Source: a virus (lineage: Duplodnaviria; Caudoviricetes). Taken from it: a stretch of DNA of 24,208 nt. How positions within the stretch are numbered: position 1 is the first letter of the stretch; each line of letters begins with the position of its first letter. Below are positions 16,451 through 24,208 of the stretch, piece by piece. The notes below the pieces were generated by a model, which was not told the DNA's origin, ran no database searches, and worked only from the letters and a program-made list of their open reading frames with translations. The position numbers and the translations under genes were made by a program. The stretch covers positions 1-24,208 of the IMG/VR virus record IMGVR_UViG_3300028018_000008; one strand, written 5' to 3'.

Positions 16451-17736
16451 CAGATCGCTCCCCATCGTTGCGGTGGGTGTCGCCACCGCGACACAGCCAA
16501 CGCTAACGCATCCACGGTATCGTCATGCGCTCCCTCTGGAGCAGCATAGCGCGTGCCGGTGCGGGTGTAGGTGAACTCGAACTGTTCAAGCTCGCTCGTG
16601 ATCGCGCCGGGCGGGAATCGGATCGACCGGTGCTGGATCGCCACGGCCAAGCCCTCGAAGAGTTGCTGCTTCGAGCCGCTGCTGAACTTGACGCCCTCAT
16701 AGTTCCGGCCCAGATGCGTCACGTCATCATCGCCCCACGGTTGCTGGAGCGCCTCCAAGATCGGGTCACCGACGCCCGTGCTATCCACCAGCGCCGCCAC
16801 GTCGCCCGTCTCGTGCCGCACCGCGTCTATCGTCTGCATCCACGGCTTCTGAAAGCGGCGCAATCGGCAGACCGTCCCGTGTTCGTCGAGCGCAATGCCC
16901 ACCGTCCAGTCCACGCTCTTAGCTAAGTCCCAACCCCACGCAATCGGCTCGTCCTCGCCGTCCCACGTCGTCCACGCCGGATCGGTGTCGAGCGTACAAG
17001 CGGCAATATACTCATCGCCAAACGGGTTACCCGTGTCCAGAGCGGCGCTGGCCTCATACAGTTCCTGAAAGACGTGAGCCGGAAGGTCCATTCGTGCCTC
17101 AGCCACATCCTCGGGCGTGAGAATCCCGGCCTCCACCGCGTCGTAGGCGGTTAGGCGACTGTACGCATATCCCGGCTCGCCCGCCTCGGCCCGCCGACAC
17201 AGCTTGTAGAACCAGTTCCGGCGACCCTTCACGTTTCCGATTACGCGGATCGGTCCCTGCGTGGCCGTGAGCGTGGTGCGGATCGCGTGCCAGCTAGCCT
17301 CGCGAACCCGGCTGGCCTCGTCGATCACGGCAGCGCGAACGTCCTCACCAAATAGCGCGTCGGGTTTCTCGGCGCTCTTGAACCAGATCGTAGCCCCGTT
17401 GCCGAGACTGATCCGCATGTCCGAATCGTTCGCCGCCCACAGTTGGCCGTCTACGTATCTTTTGAATCGCTCGAAGGCGATACGGGCCTGCGAATAGATC
17501 GGGGCAATCCACCAATACGCGAAGCCGGTGCGTCCCTGCTCGATGGCCTGCTCGGTCAACCAAGCGAGGCAGCCGACGGTCTTACCCGACTTGGTGCTGG
17601 CCTCAACGCAGACGATTCGCTGGTCACCGAAGATCGCCGCTTCCTGCGCCGGGTAGAGCGATGGCCGTTCCCACGGCTGCCGGGGCAGCGGCACGGGCGG
17701 CGCTGGCGTAGCCCGTACCAGCGCGGTGCGATTCAC
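16450..17736 (-). CDS. terL: Terminase large subunit
   Basis: Walker A-like ASTKSGKT, Walker B AVIDEA, nuclease motifs GWDLAKSVDWT and HDDTVDALALA. Confidence 0.95.
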   Translation of the reverse strand: MNRTALVRATPAPPVPLPRQPWERPSLYPAQEAAIFGDQRIVCVEASTKSGKTVGCLAWLTEQAIEQGRTGFAYWWIAPIYSQARIAFERFKRYVDGQLWAANDSDMRISLGNGATIWFKSAEKPDALFGEDVRAAVIDEASRVREASWHAIRTTLTATQGPIRVIGNVKGRRNWFYKLCRRAEAGEPGYAYSRLTAYDAVEAGILTPEDVAEARMDLPAHVFQELYEASAALDTGNPFGDEYIAACTLDTDPAWTTWDGEDEPIAWGWDLAKSVDWTVGIALDEHGTVCRLRRFQKPWMQTIDAVRHETGDVAALVDSTGVGDPILEALQQPWGDDDVTHLGRNYEGVKFSSGSKQQLFEGLAVAIQHRSIRFPPGAITSELEQFEFTYTRTGTRYAAPEGAHDDTVDALALAVSRWRHPPQRWGAI

Positions 17737-18113
17737 GCCGTATCATCCCGCAGCTTCATGGTCGCCACCATCTCGACCGGCCCTGATCGAGCCTGTGCGA
17801 TCTGCACGCGGTCGTGGTACGTGCCGGGATCGAGCGACTTGAGGAGGAAGATCAGCGCCGTGACGTTACCGCTCAAGGCCATCTGCCGCAGCGTAGCTTC
17901 CAGTAGCTCGATGCTCTCCTCCTTGGCCTCGTCGAATTCGGCCCGGAATGCGTCGTCCTTGTTCAGGGTCTTATAGACGTGCTGGCGGTTGACACCGGCG
18001 GCGAGCGCACTGGCGCGAATGTTGCCGCTATTCGCAAAGGCCGCGAGGAACGGGCGCTTCCAGAGTCCGGCGGTGCGATCCGTAGCTGACCGGCCTCCCC
18101 GTTGTTTAGCCAT
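17733..18113 (-). CDS. terS: Terminase small subunit
   Basis: ATG at 18113; HTH FLAAFANSGNIRASALAAGVNRQHVY; ALIFLLK..DP..Y; GTGA overlap with terL. Confidence 0.85.
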   Translation of the reverse strand: MAKQRGGRSATDRTAGLWKRPFLAAFANSGNIRASALAAGVNRQHVYKTLNKDDAFRAEFDEAKEESIELLEATLRQMALSGNVTALIFLLKSLDPGTYHDRVQIAQARSGPVEMVATMKLRDDTA

Positions 18114-18900
18114 CGGGGGCCAAGTGGAGCGCTGGGGTCGGACTTGCGCCGCCCTCGCCCGTGTGGGACACGGGTGCATCGCTGCCTATGCTTCCAGCGC
18201 GTGGTTGCCCACGGTACATCCCAGCACCCCGAGCCGCGATCTCCGAGTATGGGATCTCGGGCACCGTGAGGCGATCACGCCATGAGGGATCGAGGAATTT
18301 GATGTAGCGGAGCTGAAAACCCGGCAGAATCCTGCCCCCAGTCGTTAGTAGCACGGACGAACTGGCTCCGCCGCCCGACAGCTCAGCCGTAGATTTCCCA
18401 CCCAGCACCCGGTGCCGCCGGCTGAGATTGCTACGGAAGGTCATCATGTGGATGACCTCCCCGCTCGGGAATCGAATGAGATCAGTATTTCGCTTGATAG
18501 CGGTCAGCACAAACCCGCAGGCCCGATAGATCGTGCCGTCGCCACTCTGCGTTGCGTCGGCGAATGTCAGAATCCATTTCAGAAACGAGTAGCGCGCGGC
18601 GAGCAACCGGAGGGCCACCGCCAGGACGCGCGACTCCGAATTGGGCGGGAGCCATTCGGCCAGGGCGAGGCGGTTCAGTTCCAGCATTTGGTTCCAGGCC
18701 GTGCCCTTCACCAAGCCCAACACCTTCCGCCGGTCCAGCGGGGCGCCGAATTGCAGCGCCCCGCCACACACGTCGCCGGCGAATACGCCAAGGTGGACCT
18801 GACTGTTGCGGACCGTCTTTCCCGAATAGTGCAACCGCCGCACGATTCGATGCGCGTCGGTCGCGGCGATCAGTCGCACCCTTAGGTCCTTAGCCCGCAA
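18106..18900 (-). CDS. Mom-family (GNAT-fold) DNA base-modification protein
   Basis: HYSGK, GALQFG, LELNRLAL....P.NSESR, ILTFADATQSGDGTIYRACGF match Mu Mom-like proteins; TTG at 18900 after GAGG. Confidence 0.85.
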   Translation of the reverse strand: MRAKDLRVRLIAATDAHRIVRRLHYSGKTVRNSQVHLGVFAGDVCGGALQFGAPLDRRKVLGLVKGTAWNQMLELNRLALAEWLPPNSESRVLAVALRLLAARYSFLKWILTFADATQSGDGTIYRACGFVLTAIKRNTDLIRFPSGEVIHMMTFRSNLSRRHRVLGGKSTAELSGGGASSSVLLTTGGRILPGFQLRYIKFLDPSWRDRLTVPEIPYSEIAARGAGMYRGQPRAGSIGSDAPVSHTGEGGASPTPALHLAPDG

Positions 18901-19510
18901 GATACGCCTCGGCCATCGCTGCGAGCGCGTTGCCGTTGCTGTTTTGGTTCTGATCCGATTCACTAGCGCCGTTAGCCTTCGCCATACTCAGCGCCCGCTC
19001 AACGCTAGGCACTTGGGCGGCGGCAAGTGTGAACGTCATGGTTCTGAACGGTGGGCCATCCTCTGGCGACAACTCGGCCCAGTGCCCCTCACCGACTTTG
19101 AACGCACCAGCCTGCTCGCCTATCCCTTCAAGTAACCCCTCTAGGATTTCGTTATTAGCCTCTGTCCGGTCCAGCAAGCGCAGCAGCGCCTCATCATCGC
19201 GCACCGCCATCGCGCCGATAGGATCGTAGGTTGCCAGCACCAAGTCGGCCTCGGCTTCGGTCAGGTCGGTGACCAGCACCGGCACCGTGGCTTTACCCAC
19301 CATCTCGGCTCGGGCGTGGCCGTCGATGATGATGAGATGCCCGTCGTCATCCTCGCGGGCGATCACCGCCCCGGCGAATCCAACCTCGTCCAGTACGGCT
19401 GACAGCGCCCGCTGCTGAGCTTGCGGATGCCGACGCCAGTTCTTCGGGTTGGAGGTAAGTTGATCCGCCGGGACGAGCCGCATCTCCTTGACACGATCAC
19501 GCACATCCAT
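18890..19510 (-). CDS. ParB/Srx-like N-terminal domain protein
   Basis: NPKNWRRH, VGFAGAVI, IIDGHAR motifs; short C-terminal domain; no methyltransferase motifs. Confidence 0.85.
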   Translation of the reverse strand: MDVRDRVKEMRLVPADQLTSNPKNWRRHPQAQQRALSAVLDEVGFAGAVIAREDDDGHLIIIDGHARAEMVGKATVPVLVTDLTEAEADLVLATYDPIGAMAVRDDEALLRLLDRTEANNEILEGLLEGIGEQAGAFKVGEGHWAELSPEDGPPFRTMTFTLAAAQVPSVERALSMAKANGASESDQNQNSNGNALAAMAEAYLAG

Positions 19511-19642
19511 CGAGCGCCCTTTTTAGCTGTCGGCTTCTGTCCCCCTACGCGCCGATTCTACAGCCTTGGCGTATCCCTTGGCCTCGCTGCTCAAAGCGCC
19601 CCTATGGGCCGCACAGCGTCCCGAGCGGACTGATAGAGCTTG

Positions 19643-19939
19643 TCAGTTGCTCGGTGCGTGCCATCCGAAATCGTGCGGGTCGTCACGCAGGGACCATTCG
19701 ATCCGACCGACGGGTGACACAAGGCGGCGGAACGTGGCTAGAGCCTTGGGCGACTTCATCGCCGCCCGGATGTCCCGCGCCTGCACTCCTCTGGCCCAGT
19801 ACGGACCCTCAGCCACGATTCGCTCGCGTACCTCGGCTGCGAGCGTTTCCGCATCGGCGGGGTCATCTCGCACGATCTCCATTACATGCCCGATGATCGG
19901 CCCCTCTAGGTTCCGGCGACGGTTGCGGCTTTTTCTCAT
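19643..19939 (-). CDS. Hypothetical protein, possibly winged-HTH
   Basis: ATG at 19939 in an ATGA overlap; 98 aa; helices then a beta-hairpin ending EWSL. Confidence 0.6.
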   Translation of the reverse strand: MRKSRNRRRNLEGPIIGHVMEIVRDDPADAETLAAEVRERIVAEGPYWARGVQARDIRAAMKSPKALATFRRLVSPVGRIEWSLRDDPHDFGWHAPSN

Positions 19940-20166
19940 ATCCACGGGAGCCAGAAGAGCGTTATCAGCAACGCGCCGACAAGGCACGCGCCGATGCACC
20001 CGGCGACGAAGTCGAGTCGTCGCGCGGTCTTACGCCGAGGGTCTTCGATGAAGCCCCAAATCCACGCAGGCGGTCGGTGGTCCCAGCGCCGGTGGACGGG
20101 GTCATAATCTCGGTTGACGCGCGGCGCATATATCGGCGGCTCGTGGTCGATGGTCGGCGTTGGCAT
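19936..20166 (-). CDS. Small membrane protein
   Basis: 76 aa; C-terminal hydrophobic helix FVAGCIGACLVGALLITLFWLPWI; coupled at both ends. Confidence 0.7.
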   Translation of the reverse strand: MPTPTIDHEPPIYAPRVNRDYDPVHRRWDHRPPAWIWGFIEDPRRKTARRLDFVAGCIGACLVGALLITLFWLPWI

Positions 20167-20789
20167 CAGCCTGACGGCGTTCCGGTCCCGTAGCCCCAGC
20201 GCGGACAGTACCGAGGCAGGTCGGTCCTGTATCTCACGAGGACATCCCGACGCCCATAATACGGCCCGTCTCTAGCGTCATAGCGCGACGGTCCAACGCC
20301 GCCCCAGCCGAGCCGCAGCAGCACCGGCTCCTGTATATCCCAATCCCACCACACGCCGTATGGACCCCCGTCTGTGACCGGGAGTATCTGACGCGGGCCG
20401 AGCGTTCCATCGGGCAGCCGTATCCGCATCTCGATCAACGTACCCAGCAGACGCCGGTCCCGCGACGCGACGCCGTAGCTCTCGTCGGTGAGGAACGCCC
20501 ATGAGTGATATGGCGACTGCGGGTCCAGATGCTCGGGCAGCGCACAGTTCCAGCCCCAGCTCGTTCGACGGGTCATATATCCGGCCCATCGGTGCTGATC
20601 TGATGACCAGTAGCCGCCGTCATAGATCGACTCGCGCCCGTAGGCGCTGGCATGCGACCACCACATCCACGGCTCAGCCGCCGAGACAGCAACGCTGGAG
20701 TGCTGCACCAGCAGCACGCTCGCACATATGGCTGCGGCGACGAGTCGGACCCGCGTGCGGTTGCGCGGTTGCGCTGTTTCCCGAGGGAT
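20166..20789 (-). CDS. RlpA-like double-psi beta-barrel protein (putative secreted lytic transglycosylase); start uncertain
   Basis: ASAYG, RRTSWG, LLGTLIEM, VTDGGPY, WDIQEPVLLRLG line up with the RlpA pattern ASWYG/TASG/LPFGT/VNDRGP/IDLS..AA..LG; signal-peptide-like frame extends upstream of GTG 20717. Confidence 0.65.
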   Translation of the reverse strand: MPRETAQPRNRTRVRLVAAAICASVLLVQHSSVAVSAAEPWMWWSHASAYGRESIYDGGYWSSDQHRWAGYMTRRTSWGWNCALPEHLDPQSPYHSWAFLTDESYGVASRDRRLLGTLIEMRIRLPDGTLGPRQILPVTDGGPYGVWWDWDIQEPVLLRLGWGGVGPSRYDARDGPYYGRRDVLVRYRTDLPRYCPRWGYGTGTPSG

Positions 20790-20792
20790 AAG

Positions 20793-21650
20793 CTACTCCC
20801 TGCTGGAAGGCCCGAACAGGTTGGCTAGTCGGTCCTTGGCCTGATCCATTGACTGCTTCGATACGGGCTTCGTTGCGGCCACCTTCTGCTGGGCAGCCTC
20901 GTTCTGTTTGATCTGGGACGCCAGATTGCTGGCCTCTCGCTGATCGCCTACCTCGGACGATTTGCCCTCCTTCGCTGATCGCTTCAGCCAGTTGATCGCG
21001 AACTTCGCCAGACTTCGCTTGGGTCGTCGGTTCGCTGGTGCGGCGACCAGATAGGCGTGCATGGCCTCAAGCTCTACCGCAATGTCGAGATTCGGGAACA
21101 GGGGTCGCCAGCGATCCACGTGAACGGAGGTGACAGGTAGCAGATCGTCGAAGGCCAGCCTACTGGCCGACTCCCTTCGTTTCGTTACGTTTCGTTTCGT
21201 TACGTATCGTTTCGTAGCGGCGTTACCGTCGCGTGACGGCGCGTTAGGTAACGGGGCGGAAACCGTTACGTCACCGTTACTACCCCGCTTCCGACGGTGT
21301 CGGCGCTGCCGCTCTCGATTGGCGTCCCGCTGGGCGAGTAGCTGGCCCTGATGTATATCCCAGTCATGCAGGACGATTCGCTCGCCCTCACGGTCAATAA
21401 ACCCTGCCGTGACCAGCGATTCGATCAAGTCAACTTGGATCAACGCGGTATCTTGGGCCACGCCAAGCGCCGCCATGAGGTCGTCACTTGAGATGCGACT
21501 GAGATCGCCGCCCTCTGTGTAATCCACACACCATGTCCATAGGTCGATCAGGATTCCCACGGCTTCGTGGCGGCTCACCCCCATCGCCTTCGCGACCCGC
21601 GCGACCTTCGGATGACGCATTAGCGTGATGTCTACCCGTATCCACGTCAA
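20793..21650 (-). CDS. Phage replication initiator / replisome organiser
   Basis: TTG after AAGGAG; N-terminal WIRVD.....HPK...AVG.L..LW.W; RERQRRHR linker; central repeat array; C-terminal FAINWLKR. Confidence 0.75.
   Translation of the reverse strand: MTWIRVDITLMRHPKVARVAKAMGVSRHEAVGILIDLWTWCVDYTEGGDLSRISSDDLMAALGVAQDTALIQVDLIESLVTAGFIDREGERIVLHDWDIHQGQLLAQRDANRERQRRHRRKRGSNGDVTVSAPLPNAPSRDGNAATKRYVTKRNVTKRRESASRLAFDDLLPVTSVHVDRWRPLFPNLDIAVELEAMHAYLVAAPANRRPKRSLAKFAINWLKRSAKEGKSSEVGDQREASNLASQIKQNEAAQQKVAATKPVSKQSMDQAKDRLANLFGPSSRE
21176..21280. repeat. Iteron-like array, putative replication origin
   Basis: Eight tandem WWCGT pentamers (21176-21215) and five CGTTAC copies (21183, 21198, 21221, 21264, 21275). 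Confidence 0.65.
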
Positions 21651-21674
21651 GGCTCTCTCCTTACCTTTAGCGGC

Positions 21675-22193
21675 CTAAGGCCGCACGTGATCCCACGGCG
21701 AAGCTTGGCTGATCCGGGTCATATCCACAATGGGGATATGCACCACCGGCTCCACGTCCGCGCTGTCCCGTGGCTGGTTTGTCCGACCGCCCCACCTGAT
21801 TTCGTAATCGGGCAGCGTATGGTGCGTGACCTCCAGCGTCCAGATGCCATCGGTAAACCCTACGGCGATCTGGAAGATGGCGTGCCGCATCAAGTGGCTT
21901 AGATATACCCCGTCCTGCCACTTCCGCAGGGCGAGGATCAGTGTCGAGAACGTGTCGTGAGCGTGCTTCCGGCACTTGATCTCTACGATCCGTGAGGGAT
22001 GGAAATAATCCGGGCCGTAGGATGCCGGTAACTTCTCCAGCGTAATTCCCGCCTGCTCCATCAAGCGGTCAGCGACGAATTGCTCGCGCTCCAGATCGGT
22101 GCCCGTCTCGTACTGAGGGCGTCGTGTTGAGGGAGCCGACGCGGGCGCGGCAGAGCCTTTTGAGTCCTCGAATATGGGGATATCGCCGGTCAC
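21675..22193 (-). CDS. PD-(D/E)xK-superfamily nuclease-like protein
   Basis: REQFV...GPDY...VEIKCR; GTGA overlap with the upstream gene. Confidence 0.7.
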   Translation of the reverse strand: MTGDIPIFEDSKGSAAPASAPSTRRPQYETGTDLEREQFVADRLMEQAGITLEKLPASYGPDYFHPSRIVEIKCRKHAHDTFSTLILALRKWQDGVYLSHLMRHAIFQIAVGFTDGIWTLEVTHHTLPDYEIRWGGRTNQPRDSADVEPVVHIPIVDMTRISQASPWDHVRP

Positions 22194-22504
22194 CACGCCT
22201 CGACCTCTGCAAGCCCATCCTCGGCTACACCGACGAGACGGTCGAACGTCCCCTTCCGCAGGACGACCAGCGCGTCATCGTCCGACTGGTTCGTTAGGCC
22301 GATGAATAGGACATCCCGGCCCAGCATCCACTTGGTGATCGTTGCGAACCCGGCAGTAGAGGCCCGCTTCTTGACCTCCGCCCGCAGCGGTGTGCCGTCC
22401 GTCAGGGTCAGGGTGAAATCAGGACCGTGCATTCCTCGCGTCCTCTCGGTTCCATAACTGCGAGCCAGCCTGCGTTCGAACGCCTTCCACGTGCTATTCG
22501 GCAC
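22190..22504 (-). CDS. Hjc-type Holliday junction resolvase-like nuclease
   Basis: GTG at 22504 after AAGGAG; KAFERRLA...GPDF...AEVKKR; 104 aa. Confidence 0.7.
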   Translation of the reverse strand: MPNSTWKAFERRLARSYGTERTRGMHGPDFTLTLTDGTPLRAEVKKRASTAGFATITKWMLGRDVLFIGLTNQSDDDALVVLRKGTFDRLVGVAEDGLAEVEAW

Positions 22505-23336
22505 CGTTTGCTCCTTCGCCTTCGGGATCATCGAACCCCGGCAGATCGTTGATGGTTCCGCCTGCGCTCAGATGGTCGTCAATAACCACCGCCCGCTCGG
22601 CCTGCACGTTTCCGCCGATGGGTAATTCCTTCGCGTGTCGGCTCAGAACGGTCTTGCGGACCATACGGGGCCACGAGAGCGGATCGCGCCACGGGCTGTC
22701 AGCGGCATTCTTACCGGGTGACATCGCCTGCGCCGTCTCGATTTCGCCCCGGCTCAGCACCTCGAACGTGGTCAGGCCGGTCGGCGTGGTGGCGATGCTG
22801 TAGACGTGACGAACCAACTCGTTCATCGCCTGCTCGATGAAAGCGGGCGTTGCCTTATCACCTAGCTGCTCGATCACCGCGAGCCGGATTGAGTCGTCCG
22901 GCTGATGGTGGAGCGTCTGCTCACTGCCCTCGACCCAGCGCCACGACTCGCCCTCATAATGGAGCCTCGTCTTGATCGTCAGCCCGCTGCGCCCGAGGAG
23001 AGTTACCCACCCCTTGTAGCCGATAACCGGAACGGCATCTATGACCTCGCTCCCAGATTGGGAACTCATTTTGCCGTTCTTGAATGGGAGAACCCATAGC
23101 TGACCGGCTGCGCCAATCGGCAGGCCAAGTTCGAGGCTGACCTGCACGCAGCGCCAGAGGGTCAGACGGCGGCACTGCAACACGCGAGGATTCGTGGCCC
23201 CCGCCTCAATCAGTAATTGCACCGCTCGTTCTGGTGCCAGCGAATCCTGCGCGATCCGCGACAGTCGCCCCTCACGCTGGTGGAACCACGCCTGCAGGTC
23301 ATCGACCCGCTCAGCCAAATTCGTAGCCGTACCCAT
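22494..23336 (-). CDS. recT: RecT-family single-strand annealing protein
   Basis: ATG at 23336 after AAAGGAG; ELGLP...GQLWVLPF, IGYKGWV.L..RSG, SPW....W.RMVRKTVL.R..K.LP. Confidence 0.92.
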   Translation of the reverse strand: MGTATNLAERVDDLQAWFHQREGRLSRIAQDSLAPERAVQLLIEAGATNPRVLQCRRLTLWRCVQVSLELGLPIGAAGQLWVLPFKNGKMSSQSGSEVIDAVPVIGYKGWVTLLGRSGLTIKTRLHYEGESWRWVEGSEQTLHHQPDDSIRLAVIEQLGDKATPAFIEQAMNELVRHVYSIATTPTGLTTFEVLSRGEIETAQAMSPGKNAADSPWRDPLSWPRMVRKTVLSRHAKELPIGGNVQAERAVVIDDHLSAGGTINDLPGFDDPEGEGANGAE

Positions 23337-23367
23337 CGCTCTACTCCTTTTCCGATATATACCCTGA

Positions 23368-24208
23368 TTATACCTTTGCGACCAATCGTCGAGTGCCGTC
23401 CTTCCCGGCCCGGTATGTGACAGCCACCGTTCCGTCCCGCCGGTTGATCTGGTCGAAATCAGCGCCCATCGCGTCGATGAGGACCGTGTCCAATCGCCGC
23501 ACATGCTTCAGTTCGACCTTCAGCAGATTCTTGGACGCGGCACGTGCATCGAGTACGGACTCAAGCTCGTCATCGGCGGTCAGGATCAACCCACCTCGGC
23601 ACGGCGCACCCACAACGATGTCGCTCCGCTGGTCCGGCGGTGGCGGGTTGTCGGCCTCTACGTGGTCCGCGTACCACCGATCCGCTAGCTCAGCGGATTC
23701 CAGAAACCAATCCTCATCCGGCTCGACGGTGTACCACCGCCAATCGTTCCCGCCGATCAGCGCCGCAATCACGGCGGGCATCCCGGTATGCAGCGACCCG
23801 CCGCGTGCATCCACGCACCCGAGTTGCCAGCGCACCTGCGCCACGTAATGCGCCGGGACATTCCCATCGGCAGGCGACCCCGACGGCCCCCAGCCGGTCG
23901 CCCACGCGCTGACGTTCTTGCATTCGAGCAACGCGTATTCCGAGGGGTGACGCTTGTCCACCGACTGATTGGAGTGGATGTAGTAATCCGGGGTGGCGGC
24001 GCAATGATCGAACCCCCACGCAGGCCACGGCGTCACGTAGTCATCAGCAAAGCGGCCCACGTGCACACCGTCATCGCTGGATGACTCCGCGTAGCGTTCC
24101 GCGATCATCGGTTCGAGCCGGTGGCCCCAGTAGCCGAGGTCGCCCAGCAATTCGTCGTTGTCCTCCACCGGCGTCGTCTTGTCGAGCCAGACGCGGTAAG
24201 GACCGCCC
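23368..24208 (-). CDS. YqaJ-like viral recombinase exonuclease, 5'-truncated
   Basis: Frame open to the window edge (GGPYRVWLDKT...); WGHRLEP.IAE.Y, ATPDY, LLECKN, VPAHYVAQVRWQL, ALIGG. Confidence 0.92.
   Translation of the reverse strand, partial: GGPYRVWLDKTTPVEDNDELLGDLGYWGHRLEPMIAERYAESSSDDGVHVGRFADDYVTPWPAWGFDHCAATPDYYIHSNQSVDKRHPSEYALLECKNVSAWATGWGPSGSPADGNVPAHYVAQVRWQLGCVDARGGSLHTGMPAVIAALIGGNDWRWYTVEPDEDWFLESAELADRWYADHVEADNPPPPDQRSDIVVGAPCRGGLILTADDELESVLDARAASKNLLKVELKHVRRLDTVLIDAMGADFDQINRRDGTVAVTYRAGKDGTRRLVAKV

Larger units (their letters stand above)
1..24208 (-). mobile_element. Siphovirus-like phage/prophage genome segment (recombination, replication, packaging, head and tail modules)
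   Basis: Co-oriented canonical order terS-terL-portal-MuF-protease-capsid-neck-tail tube-chaperones-tape measure-tail tip; no host genes or att sites in the window. Confidence 0.97.

Noticed and set aside
18890-19510. ParB ORF as a plasmid-prophage partition system
   Set aside because: No ParA or parS-like array in the window; context next to a DNA modifier and terminase fits the modification-associated ParB-like class
159-22496. Genome-wide TAG recoding (alternative genetic code)
   Set aside because: TAG ends about a third of genes at their expected family lengths (capsid, portal, tail tube, RecT), and no conserved gene is interrupted by TAG
181-24084. Many plus-strand ORFs (e.g. 1085-1666, 2956-3516, 3940-4668, 5467-5991)
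   Set aside because: Antisense shadows of well-supported minus-strand genes in GC-rich DNA; Ser/Pro/Arg-rich with no recognisable motifs

Overview
The whole window is one contiguous segment of a GC-rich tailed dsDNA phage or prophage with a long non-contractile tail and an HK97-type head. Every credible gene is on the minus strand, and many are coupled by ATGA/TGATG overlaps. In transcription order (right to left): YqaJ-like exonuclease (truncated by the window edge), RecT, two PD-(D/E)xK nucleases, a replication initiator with an internal iteron-like array, an RlpA-like DPBB protein, two small ORFs, a ParB-like + Mom-like DNA-modification pair, TerS, TerL, portal, MuF, an inserted three-gene cassette, prohead protease, major capsid, head/neck genes, tail tube, tail chaperones with a -1 frameshift, tape measure, and tail-tip/fibre genes. 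The best candidate for something undescribed is the cassette between MuF and the protease. It has its own near-consensus promoter, a duplicated 24-nt leader, a structured RNA, a terminator and a restart promoter. Next are the ParB-Mom module (with a SAM-II-like 3' leader motif), an RlpA-like gene lacking a canonical start before its signal peptide, and an extra domain inside the protease. Family calls come from motif recognition and synteny, not database searches. Several starts were moved from the ORF track using RBS and overlap evidence. The host is not determined, and no integrase, tRNA, rRNA or CRISPR array is seen.
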